From NCBI GenBank assembly GCA_050633305.1, contig JBOEGF010000016.1, positions 32,001-96,000 on the forward strand: a DNA stretch of 64,000 nucleotides, given 5' to 3'. The position numbers and the translations under genes are program-made. The notes under the pieces are model-generated. The model ran no database searches. It was not told the DNA's origin and worked only from the letters and a program-made list of their open reading frames with translations. Positions 9,480-19,630 of this stretch are shown here, piece after piece. Every line of letters begins with the position of its first letter. Positions within the stretch are counted from its first letter, which is position 1. Source of the stretch: Nannocystales bacterium. Lineage in GTDB: Bacteria > Myxococcota_A > Polyangia > Nannocystales > Nannocystaceae.

Positions 9480-10241
9480 TCAGAGCGCCAAGGGTTGTTC
9501 CAGGTGCCGCTCGTACATCCGGTCGCGGTGCTTCAGCAACGCCGGACTCAACGCTGCTTTCGTCGCGTCGTTCAGCCACTCGTAGGCCTCCCGAAACGGC
9601 GGCAGCATCGCGCACTGGTCGGCGGGCAGCGGGGCGAACAAGGCGATGCTGCACGCGAGATGAACGTCGGCGGCTGTCATGGTCTTGCCCATCAGGTAGT
9701 CGCCCTCCGAGGCTTCGAGCCGGGCCGTGAACATCCCGAGCAGATCGAACACCCGGGCCTGCACGGATTCGGCACTCTCGGACTGCCCGCCGTATTTCTT
9801 CGCGAGGTATCCCGACACCTTGGGCGAGAACCCGCCCTCGCCGTGGAGACCGGCAAACGCACCTTGCAACCGCCGTGACCAGCACAGGCCGCCCTCTCCG
9901 AGCAGCTCGTGGCACAGGCCCATCATCACGGCTCGCTCGTCCGGGTCCGCGGGGATGAGGGCGGGCTCAGGCGCGAGCCGTTCTGCGAGCAGAAGAATCT
10001 CCGCCCACCCGGTGCGTGGGGGGTCGTTGTCGAGGATGGCGGCGGGGGCGCTCAGTCGTCCGATCCACTCGCGCAATGCTGGGTCGTCGTAGGCGAGGCG
10101 AGTCGCGGTCCATTCGATCTTCTTGATTGCGAAGGTGCCCTTGGCCGCCTCGCCCCAGGGGCTCGGGATTCCGCCCACGACCACCATGCGAAGACCCGGC
10201 TTCGCGATCGCTTCCTCCACGCTGACGTATTCGAAAGACAC
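9480..10241 (-). CDS. Glutathione S-transferase-like protein
   Basis: SPWGEAAK N-terminal motif, ILLLAERLAPEPALIP, YLMGKTMTAADV C-terminal GST motif. Confidence 0.8.
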   Translation of the reverse strand: MSFEYVSVEEAIAKPGLRMVVVGGIPSPWGEAAKGTFAIKKIEWTATRLAYDDPALREWIGRLSAPAAILDNDPPRTGWAEILLLAERLAPEPALIPADPDERAVMMGLCHELLGEGGLCWSRRLQGAFAGLHGEGGFSPKVSGYLAKKYGGQSESAESVQARVFDLLGMFTARLEASEGDYLMGKTMTAADVHLACSIALFAPLPADQCAMLPPFREAYEWLNDATKAALSPALLKHRDRMYERHLEQPLAL

Positions 10242-10464
10242 GTCACGAGCGTGCCGGAAGCATGGCGTCGGGCGCCATGTGCTTTCTCCACCCGCGCAGT
10301 CCGGCCGGCTCGACCGGGCGCAGGGCTCCCGTATCTGAGGCGGCTCGGCCACCGAGGCCGTCGTAGCAACCTCAGGCAACGAGGGACAGAACAACCAACC
10401 CGCCGAGGGCGCAGCGAGGGGCAGGACGAATGGCTGACAGGGCGTCGCGTCTTGTCGTCACGGA

Positions 10465-11763
10465 CTACAAACCGGGGACCGGACCGCAGGCGGTGTCGTC
10501 GCCAAACCCGGTCAAGGATGGGGCGCCCATCAGGTGGGCAAAGGAGGTGAGCACGGTGTCGTTGAACCGCGGCTCGACCAGACGCACGGCGCGGCCGGTC
10601 TCGAGCCCGGACGCAGACCCTCCCGCAAACATGACGGGGATGCGTTCGAGCTGGTGGTGCACGCCGAAGAAGCTCAGGCCCATGATGAGCGTGCTGTCGA
10701 GCATCGTGCTGGCGCCGTCCGGGGTGTCGCGCAGGCGTTCGATGAACGCACGCAGGTGGTTCCAGTCCCACCGGGCCATTCGAATGTAGTCGTCGCGGCG
10801 GGCACCGGGCAGGTGGTGGACCTCGTCGTGTCCCGAGTCGGCGACGTTCGTGACGCCCGCCCACTCGTAGCGCCAGTGCTGGCCGGAGAATCCCCAGATC
10901 ATGCCGATGAGGTCCGCACGGCCGCAGGCCAACGCGGCGTAGGCGAGATCGAACTGCGCCTGGGCCCGGTCGGGAACGGAGGTCGACCCATCCGGTTGTC
11001 CCGGGACCGTACAAGAGACCGGCTCGAGCTCGAGATCGCGGGCCACACTCTCCTCGGCCTTGCGGATTGCGTCCTCGTGGATGTCTAGCTTGAGCGTCTC
11101 GACGCCGGTCAACTCCGACCGGAAGCGCGAGAGCTCATCGGTGACGTCGTCGAGCACCGACTTCCGCATTCGAAGGCGTCGCTTGGTCGCTTCGATGCTC
11201 TCGGGAGTGCTGGTGGGGTCGAAGCCGGAGAAGAGCAGGTTCCAGGCGCTCTGTGGGTTGTCGACGGGGGCCTTGAACGCGCCGGGTCCGCTGGCGAACG
11301 GACGGTGCCGCATATGATTGTTGGACCCGCCATTGTTGACCTGGAGTTCGACCGTTTGCAGCCCAAGCTCGCCGGCAACCCACTGATCGATCGACGCGCC
11401 ACCTGGGGTGCCGTCCTCGGCTCCGGGTACCTGCACGATGTCCTTCGCGGTGAGGACCTTTCCGGGCGCACGAACGTGGTTGTTGCCTCGGGGGGCGGGC
11501 CCGCTGCTGCGAATCGAGATGCCGTCCACCACCACGATCTCGTCCCGGACCGACTCGAAGTCGGAGAGGATCGGCGAGAGTGTGAAGTTGTTGGGGTCGC
11601 CTCCGGGGAAGAAGTCCTCCGCGTACGGGTAACCGGTACTGTTGACCCATACCAGCCCCCGCATCGTCGGGAACTCGCGAGCCTCGGCTCGCCGAATGGA
11701 GAGCACCGGGGTGAGCAACGCGGCGGCCTTCAGGGACCGAAAAACAAACGTGCGGCGCTTCAT
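10465..11763 (-). CDS. DUF1552 family protein (Tat-exported)
   Basis: MKRRTF twin-arginine signal; FTLSPIL, ASIDQ, RKSVLD, KLDIH, TMLDST, IPVMFAGG motifs. Confidence 0.85.
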   Translation of the reverse strand: MKRRTFVFRSLKAAALLTPVLSIRRAEAREFPTMRGLVWVNSTGYPYAEDFFPGGDPNNFTLSPILSDFESVRDEIVVVDGISIRSSGPAPRGNNHVRAPGKVLTAKDIVQVPGAEDGTPGGASIDQWVAGELGLQTVELQVNNGGSNNHMRHRPFASGPGAFKAPVDNPQSAWNLLFSGFDPTSTPESIEATKRRLRMRKSVLDDVTDELSRFRSELTGVETLKLDIHEDAIRKAEESVARDLELEPVSCTVPGQPDGSTSVPDRAQAQFDLAYAALACGRADLIGMIWGFSGQHWRYEWAGVTNVADSGHDEVHHLPGARRDDYIRMARWDWNHLRAFIERLRDTPDGASTMLDSTLIMGLSFFGVHHQLERIPVMFAGGSASGLETGRAVRLVEPRFNDTVLTSFAHLMGAPSLTGFGDDTACGPVPGL

Positions 11764-13523
11764 GGCGAGGGGTTCCTTTCGTAGACGGCGGGGTGGAGGA
11801 GCATCTGCTCAAACAGCTCGAGCATCACTTCGTCGGAGCCAAACCCTTCGAAGTCGGCCTCGAGGCGGTCGGTGAGGTCGCCTTCCATCGAGCCCGAGAT
11901 GAACCGCGCGACCTGCTTCACGTAGCAAGCTGCGAGCTGGTCGCTGTGCGCAAGCTCGGGAACGAACGCAGCAAGGTCGGCGTAGCCTTTCCATTCGCCG
12001 TCGAGCTGGAGCTCGGTGACGCTGGCGTCGAGCGGGCGCTCTCCGAAGTGGGTCTGATATTGGCCCAACGCGTCGAAGTTCGATGAGAGGAACCCGTACG
12101 GCATGAACGTTTCGTGGCAGGCGATGCATTGCTCACCCTGGTTCATGATCAGCTCCAGTTGCTCGCGAGGCGTCATCAGGTCGAAGTCTTCGACCTCTCC
12201 TTGCACCTCCTCGGCCGCCTGGTTGATGTCGATGCCCGAGGGCAGACCGATCTCTTCGCAGAGCAGCTGATTCTTGATCAGCATGCCTCGGGCGATGGGT
12301 TTGTCCTTGTGGGTGAGGGCGCCCGAGGCGTGGCTTGCCAGGACGCTGGCCAGACCCAGGACTCCGGTTCGGCCCACGGGGGCTTGAGTCGGTGTCATTC
12401 CCACGGTGGCCGGGGCGGGCAGGCCGTACAACGGCGCTGTTTGGGCGTCGACGAAGTAGCTCGTCGAGAGCATGAGGTCCGCCAGCGTGCCCGAGCCGAG
12501 CAATGTGCTTTCGACAAACGTGTCGAACTCCGCGGCAAGGGATGCCCCCGTTTCGGGCGTGGGCAGCTTGGGGTACTCGGACGGAGCCTCCCGCATGTGG
12601 CTCAGAGAGGTCGTCCGGAACCACTGGGCTGCGAATCGGAGCATCTGGGCCCGCCCACGTGGGGTCTCGGCCAGCCGGCGGACGTGTCCTGCGGTCGTGT
12701 CGTCGTCGAGCGTGCCGGCTTCGGCGTCGGAGAGCAGAAGTGCGTCGGGCATCGATCCGGTCATCGTGTACGCGATGAGCGAGGCGCGGTCGTAGTCATC
12801 GACCTCGCTGGGTGTCTGCCCATCGACCCGGCCGCCTTCGACCCGATACAGGAACTTTGGCGAGAGCAAAATCCTCGTGACGAGGAACTGTGCGAGTTCG
12901 GCGTTGCTCGGCGACTCGGCCGCGAGATGCTCGACGAACCCGAGCAGAGCCTCGCGGTCCGCATCGGTCAGGGGCCGCCGATACGCACGGAATCCGAATG
13001 TGTCGATGAAGCCGTCCACGCAATCGAGGCTCGCGGCCTCGAGCTGTCCGAGGCACGGGTAGTCCAATGAAAGCCGCTGCTCGACGTATCGCTGAGCGAC
13101 CGCTTCGGACTGCAGCATGAGCAGCGTGACTAGAGACTCGTCGAGCTGAGCCCGAGCACCGTTGTCGAATCCGGTATGGGCGTCGGACCACAGGACATCG
13201 TTGACGAACTCGACGCCGAGGAGGTCGTTGACCGTGTTCTCGTACTCTTGGGTGGAGAGCAGGCGGAGCAGCGGAGCGGGTGCGTCGCTGCCCTCGGGGC
13301 CCTCGCCGTCATCGTCCCCGGAGTCGGGGTCTCCCGTACCGCCCGCGCCCGTGTCGGTGATGTCGATCCCCGGGTCGCCCGCGCTGCCGAAGCGAGGATC
13401 AGGAGCGCTCAGCCCCGTGTAGCAGCCACTGATGACCAGCCACAGAGCCCCGACAAGAGGGCGTTGGAGTGGATGACCGATTGCGCGGATGGGTGGTTTC
13501 CCCGACACCACCCGTCCAGTCAC
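11760..13523 (-). CDS. DUF1587/DUF1592/DUF1588-type lipoprotein with CxxCH
   Basis: LRLLSTQEYENTVNDLLG, AYRRPL, LLSPKFLYRVE, SMPDALL, PIARG, CIACH; ATGA overlap with DUF1552 gene. Confidence 0.85.
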   Translation of the reverse strand: MTGRVVSGKPPIRAIGHPLQRPLVGALWLVISGCYTGLSAPDPRFGSAGDPGIDITDTGAGGTGDPDSGDDDGEGPEGSDAPAPLLRLLSTQEYENTVNDLLGVEFVNDVLWSDAHTGFDNGARAQLDESLVTLLMLQSEAVAQRYVEQRLSLDYPCLGQLEAASLDCVDGFIDTFGFRAYRRPLTDADREALLGFVEHLAAESPSNAELAQFLVTRILLSPKFLYRVEGGRVDGQTPSEVDDYDRASLIAYTMTGSMPDALLLSDAEAGTLDDDTTAGHVRRLAETPRGRAQMLRFAAQWFRTTSLSHMREAPSEYPKLPTPETGASLAAEFDTFVESTLLGSGTLADLMLSTSYFVDAQTAPLYGLPAPATVGMTPTQAPVGRTGVLGLASVLASHASGALTHKDKPIARGMLIKNQLLCEEIGLPSGIDINQAAEEVQGEVEDFDLMTPREQLELIMNQGEQCIACHETFMPYGFLSSNFDALGQYQTHFGERPLDASVTELQLDGEWKGYADLAAFVPELAHSDQLAACYVKQVARFISGSMEGDLTDRLEADFEGFGSDEVMLELFEQMLLHPAVYERNPSP

Positions 13524-13617
13524 CGCAGAGGCTATGTTTGTCTCAGTCGAACTCGTCTTTTCTTTGCGCCCTCGAAAAAGCCGAGGAATCGCAGAAGTTT
13601 ACACCTCACTTGGAGCG

Positions 13618-14517
13618 TCAGTCCGCGATGCACTGGGTCATCGTCGTCCGAAACACAAAGTCCTCACCCGCGCTGTAGCTGGCGCGTCCGCCAGGGTACA
13701 GGTCGTTCGCGACGTCCACCCATCCAAAGGTGACGGCGGGCACGGAGAAGCGCACCGTATAGACCTCGCCGGCGGTCATGGGGATCGCGTCGTCGAGCTC
13801 GAACTCCTGCATCGCGTTGAAGACGTCCTCGAAGGTGACCTCTTGGCTCCCCAGCTCGACGCCCGCGGTGCCCTCGCCCTCGTAGAATCGTAGCGTTCCC
13901 GGGGACGGTCCCGAGATCGGAGATCCCACGCCCAAGTCGACTCGGACGAGGCCGCCAGAGACGCCGACCGTGAAGGACTGCCACTGGTCCTGGCCGCCCG
14001 AGCCAGCGCTGCTGCTCAGGTTCGATTGGTCTGCGATCGCCCCTGGACCGGGGTCGCAGACACAGGTGCCGTCGTTGAGCGTTGCGAGGGGATCGTAGTT
14101 GGAGGCAGCGGGAACCGTGCACCCCCAGCAGGGTCCACCAGGGCCGTTGCAGACGCCGCATTCGTCCAGCTCGGCCGTGCCATCCGGGACCCCATCGCAG
14201 TCGAGGGGGCCACCGGTTGAGCTCTCCCCGTCTTCGTCACCGCTCGAGCCGGAGGTCTCGCCCCCCGTGGAACCCGACGATGACTCGGTGGTGCCGGTCG
14301 TAGGGTTCGGGTCCGAAGCTGTCGTGCTGCCTCCGGCTCCGGATGTCTCCTTGGGAGCTGTGCCGCCTGTGCTTCCGGTGTCAGATTCTTCCAGGCTCAC
14401 CCCGGTTGTGGTGCCCCCGGTGTCGCCGCCGCCGACGTCGATATCGATGTCGGCCAAGGGGTCCGCAAAGCAGCCCGACAGTGCCAGTCCCGCGATCATG
14501 ATTCCGAGCCGCTTCAT
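13618..14517 (-). CDS. Lipoprotein with Cys/Asp-rich repeat modules and C-terminal beta-sandwich
   Basis: Lipobox LSGC, STG linker, DCDG...DECGVCNG and GCTVPAASNYDPLATLNDGTC modules, QSFT motif. Confidence 0.75.
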   Translation of the reverse strand: MKRLGIMIAGLALSGCFADPLADIDIDVGGGDTGGTTTGVSLEESDTGSTGGTAPKETSGAGGSTTASDPNPTTGTTESSSGSTGGETSGSSGDEDGESSTGGPLDCDGVPDGTAELDECGVCNGPGGPCWGCTVPAASNYDPLATLNDGTCVCDPGPGAIADQSNLSSSAGSGGQDQWQSFTVGVSGGLVRVDLGVGSPISGPSPGTLRFYEGEGTAGVELGSQEVTFEDVFNAMQEFELDDAIPMTAGEVYTVRFSVPAVTFGWVDVANDLYPGGRASYSAGEDFVFRTTMTQCIAD

Positions 14518-14566
14518 CCACGAAGGGCAGTCCGCACGTGCCGGATTTGTCCGGCGTTTGTCTGTG

Positions 14567-15217
14567 TCACCCCGATTTCACGCGGGCAGCGAATTGCGCG
14601 CGAATTGCCTTCATGTGGGTGTCTAGACCCGCCATCGTCGATTCTACGATTTTCGCCGAACCCTCCAGATACCCCACGGCTTCCGCCAGACGTGTCCGAG
14701 CACGAGCCACACGATCGGCCATGGTGGCGCGTGGAGTCTCGAATACGGCCGCCAGTTCCCGAACCGTCATGCCATCGTAGTACTTGAGTTCGAGGACCAG
14801 TTGGTCGTCCAGCGCGAGCTCTCGCATGCCACGAACGAAGAGCACCTCCTCGCGGCGGGCGGCGAGTGCCGAGGTCATCGAGATGACCTCCTCAGGGACT
14901 TCGAGGGGGTCGAGCGTCGGGTCGAAGGCTTCTGCCTGCGCGCGATGTTTGCGATGATGATGCACGAGGGTCCAACGCGCGATGCCGAACAAATAGGTCC
15001 GAACCGTCGCGTCTCCACGGAAGTCGTGCGGCTTCTCGAGGACACGCTCGAAGACGGTCTGCGTCAGGTCTTGCGCGGCGTCGGGACCGACCTTGGAGAA
15101 GAAGAACAGGTAGATCGACCGATAGTGCCGGCGGACGAGTTCACCGCTCGCGCCCGCGTCGCCGGACTTCCACGCCGTAAGCAGCGTGGAATCGTCAGCC
15201 TGTCCGTAGTCGGGCAT
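14567..15217 (-). CDS. ECF sigma factor, kinase-associated
   Basis: RTYLFGIARW; ELKYYDGMTVRELA..RVARAR; divergent from the second kinase. Confidence 0.9.
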   Translation of the reverse strand: MPDYGQADDSTLLTAWKSGDAGASGELVRRHYRSIYLFFFSKVGPDAAQDLTQTVFERVLEKPHDFRGDATVRTYLFGIARWTLVHHHRKHRAQAEAFDPTLDPLEVPEEVISMTSALAARREEVLFVRGMRELALDDQLVLELKYYDGMTVRELAAVFETPRATMADRVARARTRLAEAVGYLEGSAKIVESTMAGLDTHMKAIRAQFAARVKSG

Positions 15218-15228
15218 CGTGACCTACG

Positions 15229-17925
15229 ATGGTAGATCAGTCCGGCGGTGATCTCACCAGACGTCGTCCGGGGCCGCCCTCGGACGCGATCATGGGAATG
15301 GCCGACGCACTGGTCCGGCGGTTGGGCGCGGGGCCGAACGGTGCCACAAGGGACTCGGGCGACCCCGCGGACGGTCACCATCCAGGGACTCCCGAGCGGT
15401 TGGGGCGCTTCGAAGTCGAGGGGCGGCTGGGTGCCGGAGCGATGGGGGTTGTCTATGCCGCTCGCGACCCGATGTTGCGAAGAGACATCGCGATCAAGGT
15501 GTTGGCGACGAACCGCACCTCAGAAGGCGGGATGGTGAGGGCCCGGCGGGAGGCGCAAGCGATGGCGCAGCTCTCCCATCCCAACGTCGTGAAGGTGTTC
15601 GCGATCGGCGAACATGAAGGTGCGCTGTTCATCGCGATGGAGCGCATTCGTGGGGAGACACTGCGGGCGTGGCAGTCCGCCCGTCACACCCCCGATGAGG
15701 TGCTGGCCGTCTACCGACAGGCGGCGCGTGGTCTGGCCGAGCTGCATGAACATGGGCTCGTGCATCGGGACTTCAAGCCGGCCAACGCGATGATCGGGGA
15801 GGATGGTCGCGTGCGGGTCCTGGACCTTGGCCTGGTGACGGAGTTGGCGTCCAACGCCTCGTCGGAGGAGATCAGCCACGGCTCGGGGGGGAGCCTTAGC
15901 AGCGGTGCGGCGACACGAAGCGACGCGTTCCTCGGAACGCCCGCGTACATGTCCCCGGAGCAGTTCCTCGGAGAGCCTGTGACTGCGGCGTCGGACCAGT
16001 TCAGCTTCTGCGTGGCGTTGCACGAAGCGCTGTACGGCCATCGGCCGTTCAAGGGCAAGACCATGACCCAACTCGTCGAGGCGATCTGCGAGGAGCGTGT
16101 CGAGTCGCCCAAGGCGGATTCCCCGGTGCCGAGGCGCGTCTTCAAGGTGTTGCGCCGAGGGTTGTCGCGAAACCCCAGCCACCGCTATCCGTCGATGGAC
16201 GCTCTGCTCGATGCGCTTCGCGGGAGCTCGCGCGTGGCGGTGTGGATCGGGGGCCTGGGGTTGGTGGGGTTGTCGATGGTCGGAGTCTTGGGTGCGGTGG
16301 GGGACCGCGAGCAGCCCTGTGCGACGTCGATCCGCTTTGCGCGAAGTTGGTCACCGGAGCGTCAAGCGAGACTTTCAGCCTCTCTGGAGCCTTCGCCTCC
16401 CGCCGCGGGTGGTGTCGACCACTACGCGCAACGGCTCGAGAAGGTATTGCAGGAGGGTTGCGATGCGAACGCTTCCGAGGCGGTGCTCGTATGCCACGAC
16501 GAGTTGGTCGAACGCTTCGATGCGGTGGTGGCGTTGTTGATCGAGTTCCCCGAGGGGCTTCAACCGGTCGGCGTGGTGGAGGGGATGCTGGACCCCGGAT
16601 ACTGCGATGGCGCGGACTCCCGACCCGGGAGCGACGACGAGATGGTCGAGCTTGCCGGGTTGATGCAGCGCGTGGATTCATTGGCGCTCAGCGGGTTGTT
16701 CGACGAAGCGCTCGAAGACGCCCACGAGGCCGTGCGACGAGCCCAGACTTTGGGTCGACCCTCAGTGTCGTTCGAGGCATTCTACCAGCGAGCGAAGGTC
16801 TACGCGCGTCGCGGGGAACTCGAACCGGCCAACGCAGACTTCGTCGCAGCCTACGAGATCTCCGTGATGACGAGGTCCTATGGGGCGTCCGTCAACGTGT
16901 CTCTGTCGCTCGTTTGGGTCACCCAACACCAAAACGACCTCGACGGAGCGGAGCACTGGCTACGGGTGGCGAGGAGCTCTCAGGAGGCCGCCGGAGCGGC
17001 GAGCAAGTCCAGGAAAGCCAGGATCCTGATGCGTTCGGGCGAGGTCGCACTGGCCCGCAGAAACATGTCGGAGGCTCGGACGTGGCTGACGGACGCCGCC
17101 GAGATCTGGCGTGCGATCGGCAACGCGAGGGAGGAAGCAACCGTCCTCGCGAGCTTGGTGACGATCGAGATCGAGTCCGGCCACTTCGAAGCAGCCCTGG
17201 ACGCGGCTCGGCGCGCGATCGAGGTGTTCACCGCAGAGAACGGCGACGGCGACCCGCAACTCGGCACGCACTATCTGAACTTGGGTGATGTCTTTCAGCG
17301 CCGAGGTCGACACCAAGATGCGCGACAGGCCTACGCCCAGGGGGTCCGTCGACGACAGGTGTCCTACGGTGACGACCATTTCTCAACTGCGCAGGCGCGG
17401 ATCTCCTTGGGCTCTGCGCTCCTCGAGCTCGGGCAGGTCGAGGAGGCGACGGCGTTGTTCAACCGGGCCAGAGCAGACGCCCCGGCCGATGACCTGGTCG
17501 AAGCCGCGGCGGACGCGATGCTGTCTCGTGTTGCATCGACTCGCGCGGACCACGAGCTTGCGCTGACCCTCGCCAACAAGGCATTCGTCTCGTTTGAGAC
17601 GCAGCTGGGGACGGACCACGCCTCCTCGGCCGAGGTCCGAGTTCAGCTCGCACGGGCAAAGCTCGCCGCTGGCGATGCGGCCGGAGCGATCGAGGATGCT
17701 CGTGCGGCTCAGCGAGTTTTTGAGGAGCGCTTCGGCGAGGCACACGACATGGTCGGGCTGTGTCTTGGGATCGAAGCCGAGGCGCTCGCTCGGCAAGGAC
17801 AGCGAGTGCAAGCGTTGCCGTTGTACGAGCGCTCCCTGAGCATCGCCGTGGCCGCACAGGGGGAAACCTCTCGCCGGGTCGCGGCGCTCCGGGGCGCGAT
17901 CGCGGCCCTCGACGCCGAGAGATGA
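15229..17925 (+). CDS. Ser/Thr kinase with TM and TPR array
   Basis: GAGAMGVV, IAIK, HRDFKPAN, DLGL, GTPAYMSPE motifs; TPR C-terminal half; true start probably downstream (about 15292-15298). Confidence 0.92.
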   Translation: MVDQSGGDLTRRRPGPPSDAIMGMADALVRRLGAGPNGATRDSGDPADGHHPGTPERLGRFEVEGRLGAGAMGVVYAARDPMLRRDIAIKVLATNRTSEGGMVRARREAQAMAQLSHPNVVKVFAIGEHEGALFIAMERIRGETLRAWQSARHTPDEVLAVYRQAARGLAELHEHGLVHRDFKPANAMIGEDGRVRVLDLGLVTELASNASSEEISHGSGGSLSSGAATRSDAFLGTPAYMSPEQFLGEPVTAASDQFSFCVALHEALYGHRPFKGKTMTQLVEAICEERVESPKADSPVPRRVFKVLRRGLSRNPSHRYPSMDALLDALRGSSRVAVWIGGLGLVGLSMVGVLGAVGDREQPCATSIRFARSWSPERQARLSASLEPSPPAAGGVDHYAQRLEKVLQEGCDANASEAVLVCHDELVERFDAVVALLIEFPEGLQPVGVVEGMLDPGYCDGADSRPGSDDEMVELAGLMQRVDSLALSGLFDEALEDAHEAVRRAQTLGRPSVSFEAFYQRAKVYARRGELEPANADFVAAYEISVMTRSYGASVNVSLSLVWVTQHQNDLDGAEHWLRVARSSQEAAGAASKSRKARILMRSGEVALARRNMSEARTWLTDAAEIWRAIGNAREEATVLASLVTIEIESGHFEAALDAARRAIEVFTAENGDGDPQLGTHYLNLGDVFQRRGRHQDARQAYAQGVRRRQVSYGDDHFSTAQARISLGSALLELGQVEEATALFNRARADAPADDLVEAAADAMLSRVASTRADHELALTLANKAFVSFETQLGTDHASSAEVRVQLARAKLAAGDAAGAIEDARAAQRVFEERFGEAHDMVGLCLGIEAEALARQGQRVQALPLYERSLSIAVAAQGETSRRVAALRGAIAALDAER

Positions 17926-18032
17926 ACCTGTAGACGTCGCGCTGCGAAGACCGTAAGCGGCTGAAAGTAGACCTGTTTCGGCCTCTGTAAACGCGAGTCG
18001 TCGGGACTCCGATCCGGTCGCACACTCTGAAT

Positions 18033-18578
18033 ATGACGAGCCTTCTCGATGCGCGAGCCGCCTACTTCGAAGCCAACGGGTTCGGTGAGGACGGCGGGTA
18101 CAGCAAGGCCACGGTCACCGTCACCGTGCTCGGAATTCCGGTGCAGATCCCGAACACGGAGGGGCGGAAGCGTGCGGTGGTGTTTCACGACATGCACCAC
18201 CTGATCACCGGCTACGCGACGACGAATCTGGGAGAGGCGGAGATCGGCGCCTGGGAGCTCGGCTCAGGGTGCTGGGACTACCGGGCGGCCTGGCTCCTGA
18301 ACTCGGGCAGCCTGCTCCTCGGGGTGTTCACCAGTCCGTCGCGGTTGTTCCGAGCCTTCGTGCGCGGGCGGCAGTCGGCCAACCTCTACGGCCGCGACGC
18401 GGACGCACTTCTTCGTCGACCCGTCGACGAGGTTCGCAACGAGTTGGGCCTCACGAAGGCGTTGGGCCCTGCGTCGGTCAGCGACATCGGTGTGTTCGCG
18501 CTGCACCTTGTGGGAGCACTTGCCGCAGCAGGACTGCCGTTGCTGGCGATCACGTGGCTCCTGCTGCGTCTTTTCTGA
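18033..18578 (+). CDS. Coq4-like HDxxH protein with C-terminal TM
   Basis: HDMHHLITGY...GEAEIGAWE resembles the Coq4 HDxxH-x11-E metal motif. Confidence 0.6.
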   Translation: MTSLLDARAAYFEANGFGEDGGYSKATVTVTVLGIPVQIPNTEGRKRAVVFHDMHHLITGYATTNLGEAEIGAWELGSGCWDYRAAWLLNSGSLLLGVFTSPSRLFRAFVRGRQSANLYGRDADALLRRPVDEVRNELGLTKALGPASVSDIGVFALHLVGALAAAGLPLLAITWLLLRLF

Positions 18579-19182
18579 GCATCGCGGCGGTCAGGTGTAG
18601 GGCATCGGACCGGAAAGCGGCGAGATCGAACGGGTCTTCCACCCGGACCCGGGCCACGAACGCCGCTCGTGTGCCCCAAAAGGCAATGTGGCTCCGCCGC
18701 TCGACAAGGTCCGGGGCTCCGAGCTCGGGATGTTGGCGTGCGATGTGCTGGGCGAAGTGCCGGATCATGTCGTCGAACCTGGTGCGAACCGTCTCCAGTC
18801 GACCTGCAGAATCCAATAGGTCGACGAGCTGACTGAGCAGAGCGGGGTGGGTGAGGCGCTTGTCGGCAAGAAGCGCATCGATGAACGCTTCGAGGCTCGC
18901 CTCCAGAGTCTCGCCTCGGGCGGACTCCAACGACGAGAGAAACGCAGCGTGGTCCGACTCCAACGCGCGATCGATGATCGCGCGAAGCAGAACGTCGCGA
19001 CCGGGGAAGTAGCGATACAGCGAGCCGACGCTGACTCCAGCCACCTTGGCGATCCGGGCGACCTTGGCTTTGGACCAGCCGACCTCGCGGACGACCCGTT
19101 CGGCGGCCTCGAGGACGGCGTCGGCAAGAAACCGCGAGCGTGCCTGCTGCGGTTGATGTGGCTTGCGGACGCGTGGGGCCAT
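18550..19182 (-). CDS. TetR/AcrR family regulator
   Basis: PQQARS...IAKVAGVSVGSLYRYFP HTH. Confidence 0.9.
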   Translation of the reverse strand: MAPRVRKPHQPQQARSRFLADAVLEAAERVVREVGWSKAKVARIAKVAGVSVGSLYRYFPGRDVLLRAIIDRALESDHAAFLSSLESARGETLEASLEAFIDALLADKRLTHPALLSQLVDLLDSAGRLETVRTRFDDMIRHFAQHIARQHPELGAPDLVERRSHIAFWGTRAAFVARVRVEDPFDLAAFRSDALHLTAAMLRKDAAGAT

Positions 19183-19255
19183 CGTGACGGAGTGTAGTCT
19201 CGGGAGTCTCGCTTGACCGCCAGTGCTCCCGTGAGTTCCACTAGACCTCGTAGTT

Positions 19256-19630
19256 ATGAGTAGCAAGACTAGATTGACACCGAGACCGCGGGGCCGAGCG
19301 CTTGTGGGTGCGTCGCTCGCGATGGCGCTGAGCGGAGCTGCGTGCGACGACGACGAGGACGAAACCGGCGGCGGGAGTGGCAGCGGAGGGACGACTGCGA
19401 TCGCACCGATGCCCAACCCGACCGAAGGAACCACCACCAACGTGGCGCCCATGCCCGACCCCACGGATAGCGGGACGACCGAGATCGCGCCGATGCCTGC
19501 CCCGACGACGGGGAGCAGCAGCGGAAGCTCAGGTAGCAGCGGAAGCTCGGGCAGTAGCGGAAGCTCAGGCAGTAGCAGCGACAGTGGGACAACCGAGGTT
19601 GCACCCATGCCGCCGCCGACGTCCGGCTGA
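19256..19630 (+). CDS. Small lipoprotein with four [IV]APMPxPT repeats (candidate substrate/precursor)
   Basis: Signal peptide ending GAAC; repeats IAPMPNPT, VAPMPDPT, IAPMPAPT, VAPMPPPT; stop overlaps next ATG (TGATG). Confidence 0.8.
   Translation: MSSKTRLTPRPRGRALVGASLAMALSGAACDDDEDETGGGSGSGGTTAIAPMPNPTEGTTTNVAPMPDPTDSGTTEIAPMPAPTTGSSSGSSGSSGSSGSSGSSGSSSDSGTTEVAPMPPPTSG
19523..19576 (+). repeat. 18-bp tandem repeat x3 encoding (GSS)6
   Basis: ggaagctcaggtagcagc / ggaagctcgggcagtagc / ggaagctcaggcagtagc. Confidence 0.8.
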
